From contig JAVBMG010000005.1 in NCBI GenBank assembly GCA_031552815.1, positions 42,406 through 106,405 of the forward strand: DNA of 64,000 bases, in the 5' to 3' direction. This document shows positions 26,326 through 35,455 of this stretch, piece by piece. Origin of the DNA: Opitutales bacterium. GTDB lineage: Bacteria > Verrucomicrobiota > Verrucomicrobiia > Opitutales > JAVBMG01. A program made the position numbers and the translations under genes. The notes below the pieces were generated by a model. The model did not search any database. It was not told the DNA's origin and saw only the letters and a program-made list of their open reading frames with translations. Every line of letters begins with the position of its first letter. The stretch's first letter is position 1.

Positions 26326-28686
26326 ATGAACACGCCAAAGGGAATTCTTCGAGGCTTGCTTTTTCTAATAACGGTTATTTTCGGGTGCAGTGTTTATGCT
26401 GAGGAAAGGAAATCGGGCAGTTTTGTTGTTGAGGGAAAGGAGTTTAAGCTGAACGGCGAAAAATTTGTCATTCGCTCGGGAGAACTGCATTACATGCGTA
26501 TACCGCGCGAGTATTGGAAGCATCGCTTGCAAATGGTAAAGGCGATGGGGCTGAATACGGTATGTGCCTATGTGTTCTGGAATGCCCACGAAGCTCGTCC
26601 GGATGAGTTTGATTTTACGGGACAGCGTGATGTTGCGGAGTTTTGTCGCATGGCTCAGGAACTCGGGCTCTATGTGTTGCTTCGTCCGGGACCGTATGCC
26701 TGTGCTGAGTGGGAAATGGGCGGACTTCCTTGGTGGCTGCTTAAAAAGAATGATATCCGGTTGCGTGAGCGGGATCCTTATTTTCTCAAACGTTCTGAAA
26801 TTTTCCTGAAGGAAGTCGGAAAGCAGCTTGCTGACTTGCAAGTTACGCGCGGAGGCCCGATTATTATGGTACAGGTCGAAAACGAGTACAGCGCCTATAA
26901 GACGGATAAAGAGTATATGCGCGAAATTCAGCGGATGGTATTAGAGGCTGGTTTTACAGATGTCCCTCTCTTTACCTGTGATTGGACATCCAACATGAAA
27001 AACAATGCCTTGGATGATGTATTGCTGACGATTAATTTCGGATCGAACGCGGATGCTGTCCAAATGTTTAAGGCGTATGAAGCATTTCGTCCGAATGCTC
27101 CCAAAATGTGCAGCGAATACTGGTCCGGCTGGTTTGACCGTTGGGGGAATCCGCATGAGAATCGCAGTCTGGAAGATTTGATCCGCAACATGAAATATTT
27201 TGTCGAGAATGATATTTCATTCAGTTTGTATATGGCTCACGGCGGTACTTCGTTTGGTATGTGGGCGGGTGGAAACAGTCCTCCTTATGCGCCGACGTGC
27301 AGTTCGTACGATTATGATGCTCCCATCAGCGAGGCAGGGTGGACGACGCCGAAGTTTTTTGCGGTTCAGGAGCTTATGAGCAAACATTTGCTTAATGGGG
27401 AAAGCATCGGAGATATCCCTGATCCGATTCCTGTTATTGACATCCCGGCTTTTCAATTAAAGGAAGTGGGTTCAATAATGGAGCAGTTGCCTGCGCCTAA
27501 GACTGACGAGATTATCCGGACAATGGAGTACTACGATCAAGGATTCGGATGTATTATGTACAGAACAACGATTCCGGCATCAGCGGTTCGTCGTACGCTT
27601 TTTATCGAAGAAGTGCATGATTGGGCACGTATTCATGTGAATGGAGAGCGAGTAGGAACGATTGATCGCCGTAACGGGAAGAAATCCGTGCAGCTGCCTC
27701 CCAGTGACAGGGAAGTTACCTTGGATATTTTTGTTGAGGCAGCAGGACGTGTTAACTTTGGAGCAGCAATCCATGACAGAAAAGGAATTACACAAAAGGT
27801 AGAACTGATTACCGAAGGTAAGAAAGAGGAAATCTTCGACTGGCAGGTTTATAATTTCCCGTTGGATAATGACAATTATCTGAGAACGCTTAAATTCAGG
27901 AAATCAGATGCCGTGGAAGGGCCGGCTTTCTATCGCGGGACATTTAAGCTCGATACCGTTGGAGACACGTTTATGGATATGAGTACTTGGGGGAAAGGTG
28001 TTCTCTGGGTTAACGGGCACTGCCTCGGGCGGTTTTGGAAAATCGGGCCGCAGCAAACGCTTTATGTCCCGGGCTGTTGGCTGAAGAAAGGAGAAAACAA
28101 GGTTTTGGTTATTGATATTGACGGGCCTGAGAGTCCAGTCATTTCGGGATTGACCAAGCCTATTTTGGATCAGGTGCGTACAGAATCCTTGATCCGTCAT
28201 CGTATTGAGTCGCAGAATCTGGATATTACAGGTGAAACACCGGTCTGTGACGGTAGCTTTGCAAAAGGAAATCAATGGCAGGAAGTGAAATTCCTGCGTC
28301 CGGTCAAAGGTCGTTATTTCTGCCTGGAAGCATTAAGTTCGCAGCAGGGAGACCAATATGCAAGCATCGCCGAGCTGTATATTTTAGGAGAAAACGGTAA
28401 ACCATTGTCCCGCGAGGAGTGGACCGTGGTCTATGCTGACAGTGAGGAGTTGGTGCGAGCGAATAATTCGGCGGATAATATTTTTGATCTCCAGGAAGCA
28501 ACCTATTGGCATTCCGAATGGGGAAACGATAATCCGCCTAAGCAACCGCATCGTGTGATTATTGATATCGGCAGCGAAACAGTTATGACCGGATTTCGTT
28601 ATCTGCCAAGGCCTGAACCCAATAGTCCGGGCATGATCAGGGATTACAAAATCTATGTGAGTGAGACGCCGTTTAAGGGTATTTGA
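26326..28686 (+). CDS. GH35 beta-galactosidase with C-terminal F5/8-type C (CBM32-like) domain
   Basis: SGELHY, GLNTV, RPGPYACAEW, QVENEY (acid/base), CSEYWSGWFD (nucleophile), SYDYDAP, WGKG..WVNG..LGRFW; C-terminal TYWHS. Confidence 0.92.
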   Translation: MNTPKGILRGLLFLITVIFGCSVYAEERKSGSFVVEGKEFKLNGEKFVIRSGELHYMRIPREYWKHRLQMVKAMGLNTVCAYVFWNAHEARPDEFDFTGQRDVAEFCRMAQELGLYVLLRPGPYACAEWEMGGLPWWLLKKNDIRLRERDPYFLKRSEIFLKEVGKQLADLQVTRGGPIIMVQVENEYSAYKTDKEYMREIQRMVLEAGFTDVPLFTCDWTSNMKNNALDDVLLTINFGSNADAVQMFKAYEAFRPNAPKMCSEYWSGWFDRWGNPHENRSLEDLIRNMKYFVENDISFSLYMAHGGTSFGMWAGGNSPPYAPTCSSYDYDAPISEAGWTTPKFFAVQELMSKHLLNGESIGDIPDPIPVIDIPAFQLKEVGSIMEQLPAPKTDEIIRTMEYYDQGFGCIMYRTTIPASAVRRTLFIEEVHDWARIHVNGERVGTIDRRNGKKSVQLPPSDREVTLDIFVEAAGRVNFGAAIHDRKGITQKVELITEGKKEEIFDWQVYNFPLDNDNYLRTLKFRKSDAVEGPAFYRGTFKLDTVGDTFMDMSTWGKGVLWVNGHCLGRFWKIGPQQTLYVPGCWLKKGENKVLVIDIDGPESPVISGLTKPILDQVRTESLIRHRIESQNLDITGETPVCDGSFAKGNQWQEVKFLRPVKGRYFCLEALSSQQGDQYASIAELYILGENGKPLSREEWTVVYADSEELVRANNSADNIFDLQEATYWHSEWGNDNPPKQPHRVIIDIGSETVMTGFRYLPRPEPNSPGMIRDYKIYVSETPFKGI

Positions 28687-28738
28687 TTTATCATGAATGC
28701 TGGCAATCTCTGAACGATAAGTATATCATAACCCTAAA

Positions 28739-29002
28739 CTAATCGAAGAGTCGAAACCCTGGAATGGTCTCGATGATGAACCATGTAGTGAGAATGGTTA
28801 AAATAGCCCAAGGAAGCAGTTGCCTTGCTTTTCTTAGTTTATTGGGTTTTTCGGTTTTTGGTAATGCAACGGTTTTGTGTTGGTCTGAAGTTGCCCGTTG
28901 ATTGCTGTTTGTAAAAATCTCGGGCGGTATCGAGAATTCTTCCCAGCGATGATTTTTTCGCAGGCGTTGTCTTGCTCTCCAGTTTTTAAAGTTTTTCCAC
29001 AT
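28739..29002 (-). CDS. Small hypothetical membrane protein
   Basis: 87-aa ORF with a C-terminal hydrophobic helix (LLPWAILTILTTWFII); fills the gap between GH35 and panB. Confidence 0.55.
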   Translation of the reverse strand: MWKNFKNWRARQRLRKNHRWEEFSIPPEIFTNSNQRATSDQHKTVALPKTEKPNKLRKARQLLPWAILTILTTWFIIETIPGFRLFD

Positions 29003-29056
29003 AAATCCGTTGCAGTCTCTACTGAATTCTTTTTATTCAGGGCTAATAAATTACTT

Positions 29057-29830
29057 ATGTCAAAGATAACGACTGCTTCAATCAGGAAGTTTAAGGGAGT
29101 TCGTCCAATCGTTTGTGTGAGTGCATACGATGCCATAACTGCGCAATTGGCTTCAGAAGCCGGAGTTGACCTGATTTTGGTTGGGGATTCAGTTGGGACA
29201 ACATTGTTAGGCTATAAAACAACTGTTCCTGTTTCCCTGGAGGCTATCCTGCATCATACGTCGGCAGTTTCTCGTGTAAATCCGCAATCCTTGATTGTTG
29301 CTGATTTACCTTTTTATGAAGGCCATTTAAGAGGGGATGAACTTTTCAAAGCATCTGCAAAGTTAATGCAATTGGGGGGTGCTGAAGCGATCAAGCTTGA
29401 GGGAGGTGCTTCAATTTCCGAACAGGTTGCCGATCTGGTAAGCCGAGGAGTTCCAGTGATGGGGCATATCGGTCTCTTACCTCAAAGTTATCATGTACTT
29501 GGAGGATACCGTAAATTTGGGAAAGTGGAATCAGAAAAGGATATCCTGCTCAGGGATGCCTTAGCGTTGCAAGAGGCTGGTGCGTTTGCAATCGTGGCAG
29601 AAATGGTGGATGCAAAACTGGCAAGCGACATCGCGAGAAATCTGGAGATACCGCTAATAGGTATCGGTAGCGGTTCTGATTGTGATGGGCAGATTTTGGT
29701 AAGTTGCGACTTATTAGGAATGACTCCGGGATATGTGCCGGTATTTGTAAAACAATATGCAGATGTGAAGTCAGTTATGACAGATGCATTCCGGAAATTT
29801 GTCTCCGACGTTCAAAACAAGACTTTTTAA
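29057..29830 (+). CDS. panB: 3-methyl-2-oxobutanoate hydroxymethyltransferase (start moved to MSKITT)
   Basis: SAYD, ILVGDSVG, VADLPF, IKLEGG, GHIGLLPQ, IGIGSG..CDGQILV. Confidence 0.95.
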   Translation: MSKITTASIRKFKGVRPIVCVSAYDAITAQLASEAGVDLILVGDSVGTTLLGYKTTVPVSLEAILHHTSAVSRVNPQSLIVADLPFYEGHLRGDELFKASAKLMQLGGAEAIKLEGGASISEQVADLVSRGVPVMGHIGLLPQSYHVLGGYRKFGKVESEKDILLRDALALQEAGAFAIVAEMVDAKLASDIARNLEIPLIGIGSGSDCDGQILVSCDLLGMTPGYVPVFVKQYADVKSVMTDAFRKFVSDVQNKTF

Positions 29831-29856
29831 TATCCAATAAACGAAGACCTACAATT

Positions 29857-30864
29857 ATGAATATTGTTGTTTTAGGTGCAGGAGCATGGGGTACGGCAAT
29901 GGCGATGCATTTACAAAGGATCGGTCATACGGTAACATTGGTCACACACCGTACGGAACACGCTATTCAGATGTTGGAAGACCGGCAAAACAGTCGCTAT
30001 TTACTGGGTCATTTTTTCAATCCCAGTATGCAAATTCATTCCGAATTGAAACCAACATTGCTGGAGGCAGAAATTTTGATGATGGCGGTACCGTCTCACG
30101 CGTTAAGGGAACAATGCAACCGTGTCTCAAAAGATATAAGGGAAGCAAAAAACTTACGTATTATATTGAGTTTATGCAAGGGTTTAGAGCTGGGCACACT
30201 GAAACGTCCATCGGAAATCATGAGTGAAATTTTGCCGAATGTTCGTTGCGGAGCGTTGACTGGACCAACGTTTGCCGGGGAGGTTGCGGAAGGGAAGCCG
30301 ACAGCCTTGGTTTTGGCAACAAATTCGGAGAGCTCCGAGGACGAATATTTCCAAAAAGGGATAAACAATACTTCCTTGCGGGTTTACAGAATAACAGATT
30401 TGACCGGTGCCGAACTGGGCGGATGTCTCAAAAATGTTTATGCCATAGGTTCCGGAATTTGCCAGGGCCTTGGTATTGGGGACAATGCTAATGCCGCATT
30501 AATTACGCGGTCCATGAATGAAATGGTTGCTATCGGGGTTTCACTGGGCGGTAAAGGAGAAACGTTTTACGGACTCAGCGGATTTGGTGATTTAATCGCT
30601 ACGTGTAATGGGAAATGGAGCCGAAATCGTTCATTTGGCGAAGACCTAGGTAAAGGGGTTCATGTGAATGACTTACTAAAACTTGGGAAAACAGTTGAGG
30701 GGTACCGGACCACAAAATCAATTTTTGATATGTGCAAAGAGAGGGGTATTGATGCCCCTATATTGAGCAAACTTTATGAAGTTCTTTATAAAGAAAAATC
30801 GCCGAGAGAAGCTGTCTTTGAGTTAATGACAAGAGCTGTAAAACCTGAGATGTCGAAAAAATAA
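29857..30864 (+). CDS. gpsA: NAD(P)H-dependent glycerol-3-phosphate dehydrogenase (start moved to MNIVVL)
   Basis: GAGAWGTA, CKGLE, GPTFA, LKNVYAI, GFGDLIATC..SRN, VEGY. Confidence 0.95.
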   Translation: MNIVVLGAGAWGTAMAMHLQRIGHTVTLVTHRTEHAIQMLEDRQNSRYLLGHFFNPSMQIHSELKPTLLEAEILMMAVPSHALREQCNRVSKDIREAKNLRIILSLCKGLELGTLKRPSEIMSEILPNVRCGALTGPTFAGEVAEGKPTALVLATNSESSEDEYFQKGINNTSLRVYRITDLTGAELGGCLKNVYAIGSGICQGLGIGDNANAALITRSMNEMVAIGVSLGGKGETFYGLSGFGDLIATCNGKWSRNRSFGEDLGKGVHVNDLLKLGKTVEGYRTTKSIFDMCKERGIDAPILSKLYEVLYKEKSPREAVFELMTRAVKPEMSKK

Positions 30865-31078
30865 TATTACCCTATGTCCTTGATTCTCAAGAACTTAGAT
30901 AAGTTTTGAACGCAGGGTACACTTGGGCGAAAACGGAGTGAAATAGGTAACCCTTTATAAAAGCATATTTTTTAAAAAAAACAAGATATTCGATTGACTA
31001 TTTTCAAGTATGTAGCTTTTTTCAATGGCTGTAATAAGCACCGATCCAGACGACGAATTTCCTACTTTCGCAAAATAA

Positions 31079-34000
31079 ATGAGTTTCCCTGAAGAAAAAA
31101 GCAAAGGATTTGCTCTAATTACTGCAGTTGCCTTGCTGGCATTTGTTGCTCTCCTTGTTGTTGGTTTGGCGGGCATGTTACGGGTTGAAGTGGGTAGCGA
31201 AGTGAGTTCCCGTGAAATCAAAGAGGCTCGCGGAAATGCAGAAATGGCATTGGGTATTGCATTGGGGAAATTGCTAAATCTTGCAGGTGAAGACCAAAGA
31301 GTAACCGCAAATGCAGCCATTTTGGACAGAAACCCGTCAACGGAAATGCCTGACGGCGTGAAGCATCCTTACTGGACGGGTGTCTGGAAATCCTGGGCTC
31401 AGAAGCTTGATGACAGTGGTCCGCGCGATAACATTTATTACGAGAATTCAGATTCTCCTAGCTTGCCGCCGTGGGACTATAAATCCGAGCATAACAAACG
31501 GTTTCTTGGATGGCTGGTCTCATTGAATGATGATCTTACAAGAGGCCGCTCAGGGGAATCGTTATTGAATTTACCATTGACCATATCGGACAGTGATCCG
31601 AATTTTATCGAATTGGTTGGTTCAGGTTCCGTAGGGAAGAATGCCGATCAGAGACTCTATGTTAAGGCAGAAAAAATACCGCTTTATCAATCAGATTCCA
31701 GAAGAAATCCGATTGTTCGCGGGCATTATGCATGGTGGGTAGGAGATGAAGGTGTAAAAGCATCCATGGCCCCGATATGGAACGGTAAAACGGACACGGT
31801 GAATTCTACGGAGCACGCATTGGTTCAAGAGCATATGGCTGCTGCTCCCAGGGTCGGAATAGGTGCGATTTCCGCCATAAAGAACTTGCAGGATAGATCA
31901 AATGACGAGTTAAAGAAATTGTTTACCAGATCCTCCTTGGAGCTGTTTTCCGGAAACATAGAAAGCGCAAAGCAATTATTCCATGATGTTACACCCGTGT
32001 CGTACGGTGTCCTTTCGAATGTACGCAACGGTGGGCTTAAGAAGGATCTGAACCTGTTTCTCGAGCGTAAGCCGCCTGATGTCGATCATGCGCTTATGAC
32101 GCCCTGGTACATTGTCCCAACGAAGAATGATCAGAGTTCTGATTTTCAGATTACCGGGGAGGATTTCTTTGAAGGAATTGAACCGACCGGGATAATAAAA
32201 GCTTCTACTTATGATTTTCAATGGGATGAAACCGGGTCAGGAGGCGATAAAGCAGATCCTGCCAAATACAACAAGCTGGCATTTGCCCCTTGGGGATTCA
32301 TTCATCACTATTATCAATTATACAAGGATATGAGAATGGAACGTGGTCTTCCCATGTTCAGAATAGAAGACCTTAAGGGGAAAGACTCGGAACGTAATCG
32401 CGTGATGGTTCCGCAAGGCGCAACGCGTGATTATATGCCTACGCTTTCAAAAGCGCAGCGTATCTACTCCTATTATACAATGCAGGACGGTACTGGTTTT
32501 AAAATATGGGTGTGCATGGATGTTGTGATCACGCTTTGGAATCCTTACAATGTTGCATTCGATGGACGCGGACAGTATTTCTATTTTAAGAATTATGATA
32601 TTCCTGTCAAAATGACTTTCTTTGCTGATTCGAAGCAAGTCGGTACTGTTCAATACCGGTTCAGGGATTTTATGCAGTCGCCTCCGATCATGGAAATCGG
32701 CTATTTAAGGCCTGGCGAGACAAAAGTCTATTCTCCATTGAAGGTGTATTCAACAGCTTCGGAGTTACAATTCAGGACGGGTTGGGTCAGAGGGAATGGC
32801 ATCCATTTGCCAACAGACGTTACTGTCCCTAACGCAAACAGTGTGGTCGGATGTACGATTGAAGCGGATGTGGCTGCTGGCGGATGGGATTCGATGGCGC
32901 TGCATTTTCCGTGTTGGGTGTTAGGACATGTGATTAGCGGATTCGGAGGAAAGCGTGACTGGGATCGGCGCGGATTATACATGCGACCATTGTTCCTTTT
33001 GGAACAAGCAAATGCAATGGATCGGTTACGGTTAATTTACCCAACGATAAGAAAGCCCAGTTATACGGCATGGGAATTAAGTGGAGAATCAAATGCCATT
33101 CCCGGATTTGTCCAGAACGTTGCACTAAAAACAGCAAAAGGATTTAAACGAACGCCACCTGGCCGTCACTTGGAATTTACGGATGTCACTTTTGGTTTTG
33201 GTAATTGCCAGTTTGATAATGAAAAATCGCTTCAGAATTATCAGTATGAGATAGAAATGCGCAATATAAACAGCTGGGAGGATTCGCCGTTGGTTGAAGT
33301 TTCGTCTCCGGAAGGAGATGGTAATGCTTTGGGAAAAGGAAATAATGGCTATATCGGTGGCGGGCAGGATGCGGCAAACGGTCAACCTTTCTTTGTTTAT
33401 TCGGAGTTGCCTACGCAACCGCTTATATCGCTTCCTCAATTAAGGCATGCACAGATGATCCGTGCTGAATACGATTTTGACATGGTTCAGCATGTCAAGG
33501 GAGGGGGTATCAATGGTGTTGGTAATAAAGCGGATGTTCCAAGTTCGGAAAACACAAAGAATTTCCCATTTGCGACATTCCTTGTAGGAAATTCTCAAGC
33601 GCATCCTTACATAAAATCAACCGCATTGGAAACTACCATCAAATCAAAACGGGTGAAGAAGGATTATAAGTATTATGCGAATCACGTTCTTTGGGATAAT
33701 TACTATTTCTCGGCAATGGCTCCGCAGGATTCTGTGTTCTTTGATTCCAAACGCTCTCTGAATCAGGTGGTCAGCGATTTCTTTGATGGGAAAAAACCAT
33801 TGGCTAATCCCCGGTTTATTCCCTATGTAACAGAGAGTTTAAATGTTAGTCGGATTAATCCCGATAACGCGGATGCTTATCGCGAAATTGCGCAATGGCA
33901 GTTGGTTAACGGATCATTCAATATTAATTCAACATCCGTTAATGCATGGAAAGCCATGTTAGCCAGTTTGCATGGGCAGACTGTTCCTGTTATTGATGTT

Positions 34001-34669
34001 AAGGAAAGCAACCCTTCTATTAGTTTACGGGAGGTTGATGGATATCCGGTCAGTCGCATCACAACGCCCGGTGGTGATACGCCTGACGAAGCAGGTGACC
34101 GCGATCTGTATTGGAGAGGATACCGTTCATTAACCGAAACCCAAATCACAGAGTTGGCGGAACGTATTGTTGAGGAAGTAAAGAAACGTGGTCCATTCCT
34201 GAGTTTGGGTGAATTCGTAAACAGGCAGGTTACGAATGATAAAGAACTGGCTGTCTGCGGGGCTGTACAGGCCGCAATTAATGCAGCCACATCAATCAAT
34301 AATACTATTTCGAGAGCAGGTCGCACCGCAAATTGGAAAGATGTCGAATTTTCGGAGGCAGCTCAGGGCCGGACAACCGCCGGAACCACAGGATGGGTAA
34401 ATCAGGCAGACATACTGCAACCAATCGCTCCGGTTATATCCGCTCGTTCAGATACATTCTTAATCCGTTGCTATGGCGATAGTGTTGATATGGACGGGAA
34501 TGTAACTGCGCGGGCCTGGGCAGAAGCTGTTGTGCAACGTGTTCCCGAACTTTTTGATACAGGCGTATCATTGCCGGAAGAAGCGCCGAGAGTAAGTTCA
34601 CGTTTAAATTCATATAAACGCGCATTCAAGATTATTTCTTTCCGTTGGCTCTCGCCTGATGAAGTGTAA
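31079..34669 (+). CDS. Large prepilin/PilX-like N-terminus protein, resembling Verru_Chthon cassette protein A
   Basis: KG|FALITAVALLAFVALLVVGL type IV prepilin-like cleavage site without Glu5; YAWWVGDEGVKA, GGLKKDL, FNINSTSVNAWKA, GPFLSLGEFVNR, SDTFLIRCYG, FKIISFRWL; 1196 aa. Confidence 0.72.
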   Translation: MSFPEEKSKGFALITAVALLAFVALLVVGLAGMLRVEVGSEVSSREIKEARGNAEMALGIALGKLLNLAGEDQRVTANAAILDRNPSTEMPDGVKHPYWTGVWKSWAQKLDDSGPRDNIYYENSDSPSLPPWDYKSEHNKRFLGWLVSLNDDLTRGRSGESLLNLPLTISDSDPNFIELVGSGSVGKNADQRLYVKAEKIPLYQSDSRRNPIVRGHYAWWVGDEGVKASMAPIWNGKTDTVNSTEHALVQEHMAAAPRVGIGAISAIKNLQDRSNDELKKLFTRSSLELFSGNIESAKQLFHDVTPVSYGVLSNVRNGGLKKDLNLFLERKPPDVDHALMTPWYIVPTKNDQSSDFQITGEDFFEGIEPTGIIKASTYDFQWDETGSGGDKADPAKYNKLAFAPWGFIHHYYQLYKDMRMERGLPMFRIEDLKGKDSERNRVMVPQGATRDYMPTLSKAQRIYSYYTMQDGTGFKIWVCMDVVITLWNPYNVAFDGRGQYFYFKNYDIPVKMTFFADSKQVGTVQYRFRDFMQSPPIMEIGYLRPGETKVYSPLKVYSTASELQFRTGWVRGNGIHLPTDVTVPNANSVVGCTIEADVAAGGWDSMALHFPCWVLGHVISGFGGKRDWDRRGLYMRPLFLLEQANAMDRLRLIYPTIRKPSYTAWELSGESNAIPGFVQNVALKTAKGFKRTPPGRHLEFTDVTFGFGNCQFDNEKSLQNYQYEIEMRNINSWEDSPLVEVSSPEGDGNALGKGNNGYIGGGQDAANGQPFFVYSELPTQPLISLPQLRHAQMIRAEYDFDMVQHVKGGGINGVGNKADVPSSENTKNFPFATFLVGNSQAHPYIKSTALETTIKSKRVKKDYKYYANHVLWDNYYFSAMAPQDSVFFDSKRSLNQVVSDFFDGKKPLANPRFIPYVTESLNVSRINPDNADAYREIAQWQLVNGSFNINSTSVNAWKAMLASLHGQTVPVIDVKESNPSISLREVDGYPVSRITTPGGDTPDEAGDRDLYWRGYRSLTETQITELAERIVEEVKKRGPFLSLGEFVNRQVTNDKELAVCGAVQAAINAATSINNTISRAGRTANWKDVEFSEAAQGRTTAGTTGWVNQADILQPIAPVISARSDTFLIRCYGDSVDMDGNVTARAWAEAVVQRVPELFDTGVSLPEEAPRVSSRLNSYKRAFKIISFRWLSPDEV

Positions 34670-34702
34670 GCAAGTAACTGTATAACGATAATTACGATCA
34701 AG

Positions 34703-35398
34703 ATGAAGAAAATTATAAGCATTATATTGGGATTGTCTTTTTTATTTTTGACGACGCTGCTCTCAGCGCAGACGATGTTTCGTGCTATCTGTTTTAAGCC
34801 TATAGACGGATTGGAATCTGTTTACATAAAGCACGGATCGGATCTGGTTGAAATAAAGCTGCCTACGGATTCTTTTTCTTCTCCGGAAAAATATTATGGA
34901 AGCAGTCCGGTCATATTTTATAAGCAGGATATGAAGGATGGACGTCCTGTCGAAACCGCGATTGCTGAGGCGACACTTCCCGAAGGAGTCAAAAATGTTA
35001 TTTTTCTTTTCATACCGTCGTCTGAAAGCGAAGCAAAAAGCGGACGGCTTTATCAGGTCATTGTCATGCCGGAAGATGATTCTAATTTTCAGGAAGGAAC
35101 TGTTCGGTTTGTGAATCTGTCCCCTAACGCATTCAAGGCAAAAATAGGTGATCAGGAATTAGTGGTAGGTTCCAGAAAGATATCGACTTTCAAACCCGAG
35201 AAAATCCCTCTTACCTTGTCGGTTTCATTGACATATAAGGAGTCGAATGATGCCAAAGAGTGGAGACCGCTCAGTTCCACGAATTGGTCGTTTACCGCAA
35301 GGAGACGCGTTTTGCTTTTTGTTTATTATGATGAAGAGGATGAGTCGATGAGAACAAAAGGTATCTCAGACACGATTGGTCAACGTAGAAATCAATAA
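34703..35398 (+). CDS. Secreted hypothetical protein (cassette partner, beta-rich)
   Basis: Signal peptide; VRFVNLSP motif; lies between the prepilin-like gene and the giant autotransporter. Confidence 0.7.
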   Translation: MKKIISIILGLSFLFLTTLLSAQTMFRAICFKPIDGLESVYIKHGSDLVEIKLPTDSFSSPEKYYGSSPVIFYKQDMKDGRPVETAIAEATLPEGVKNVIFLFIPSSESEAKSGRLYQVIVMPEDDSNFQEGTVRFVNLSPNAFKAKIGDQELVVGSRKISTFKPEKIPLTLSVSLTYKESNDAKEWRPLSSTNWSFTARRRVLLFVYYDEEDESMRTKGISDTIGQRRNQ

Positions 35399-35455
35399 GC
35401 ATAAGCGTTTCATACTAATAATTTACTATTTCAAATTTCCCGATTTATAACTCTC

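Noticed and set aside
18954-29856. Longer ORF-track starts for rnhB (18954), GH76 (22527), plsC (23276), galM (24250), panB (28898) and gpsA (29704)
   Set aside because: Most of these extensions overlap neighbouring genes and none looks like a conserved N-terminus. Downstream starts fit the family lengths and operon spacing.
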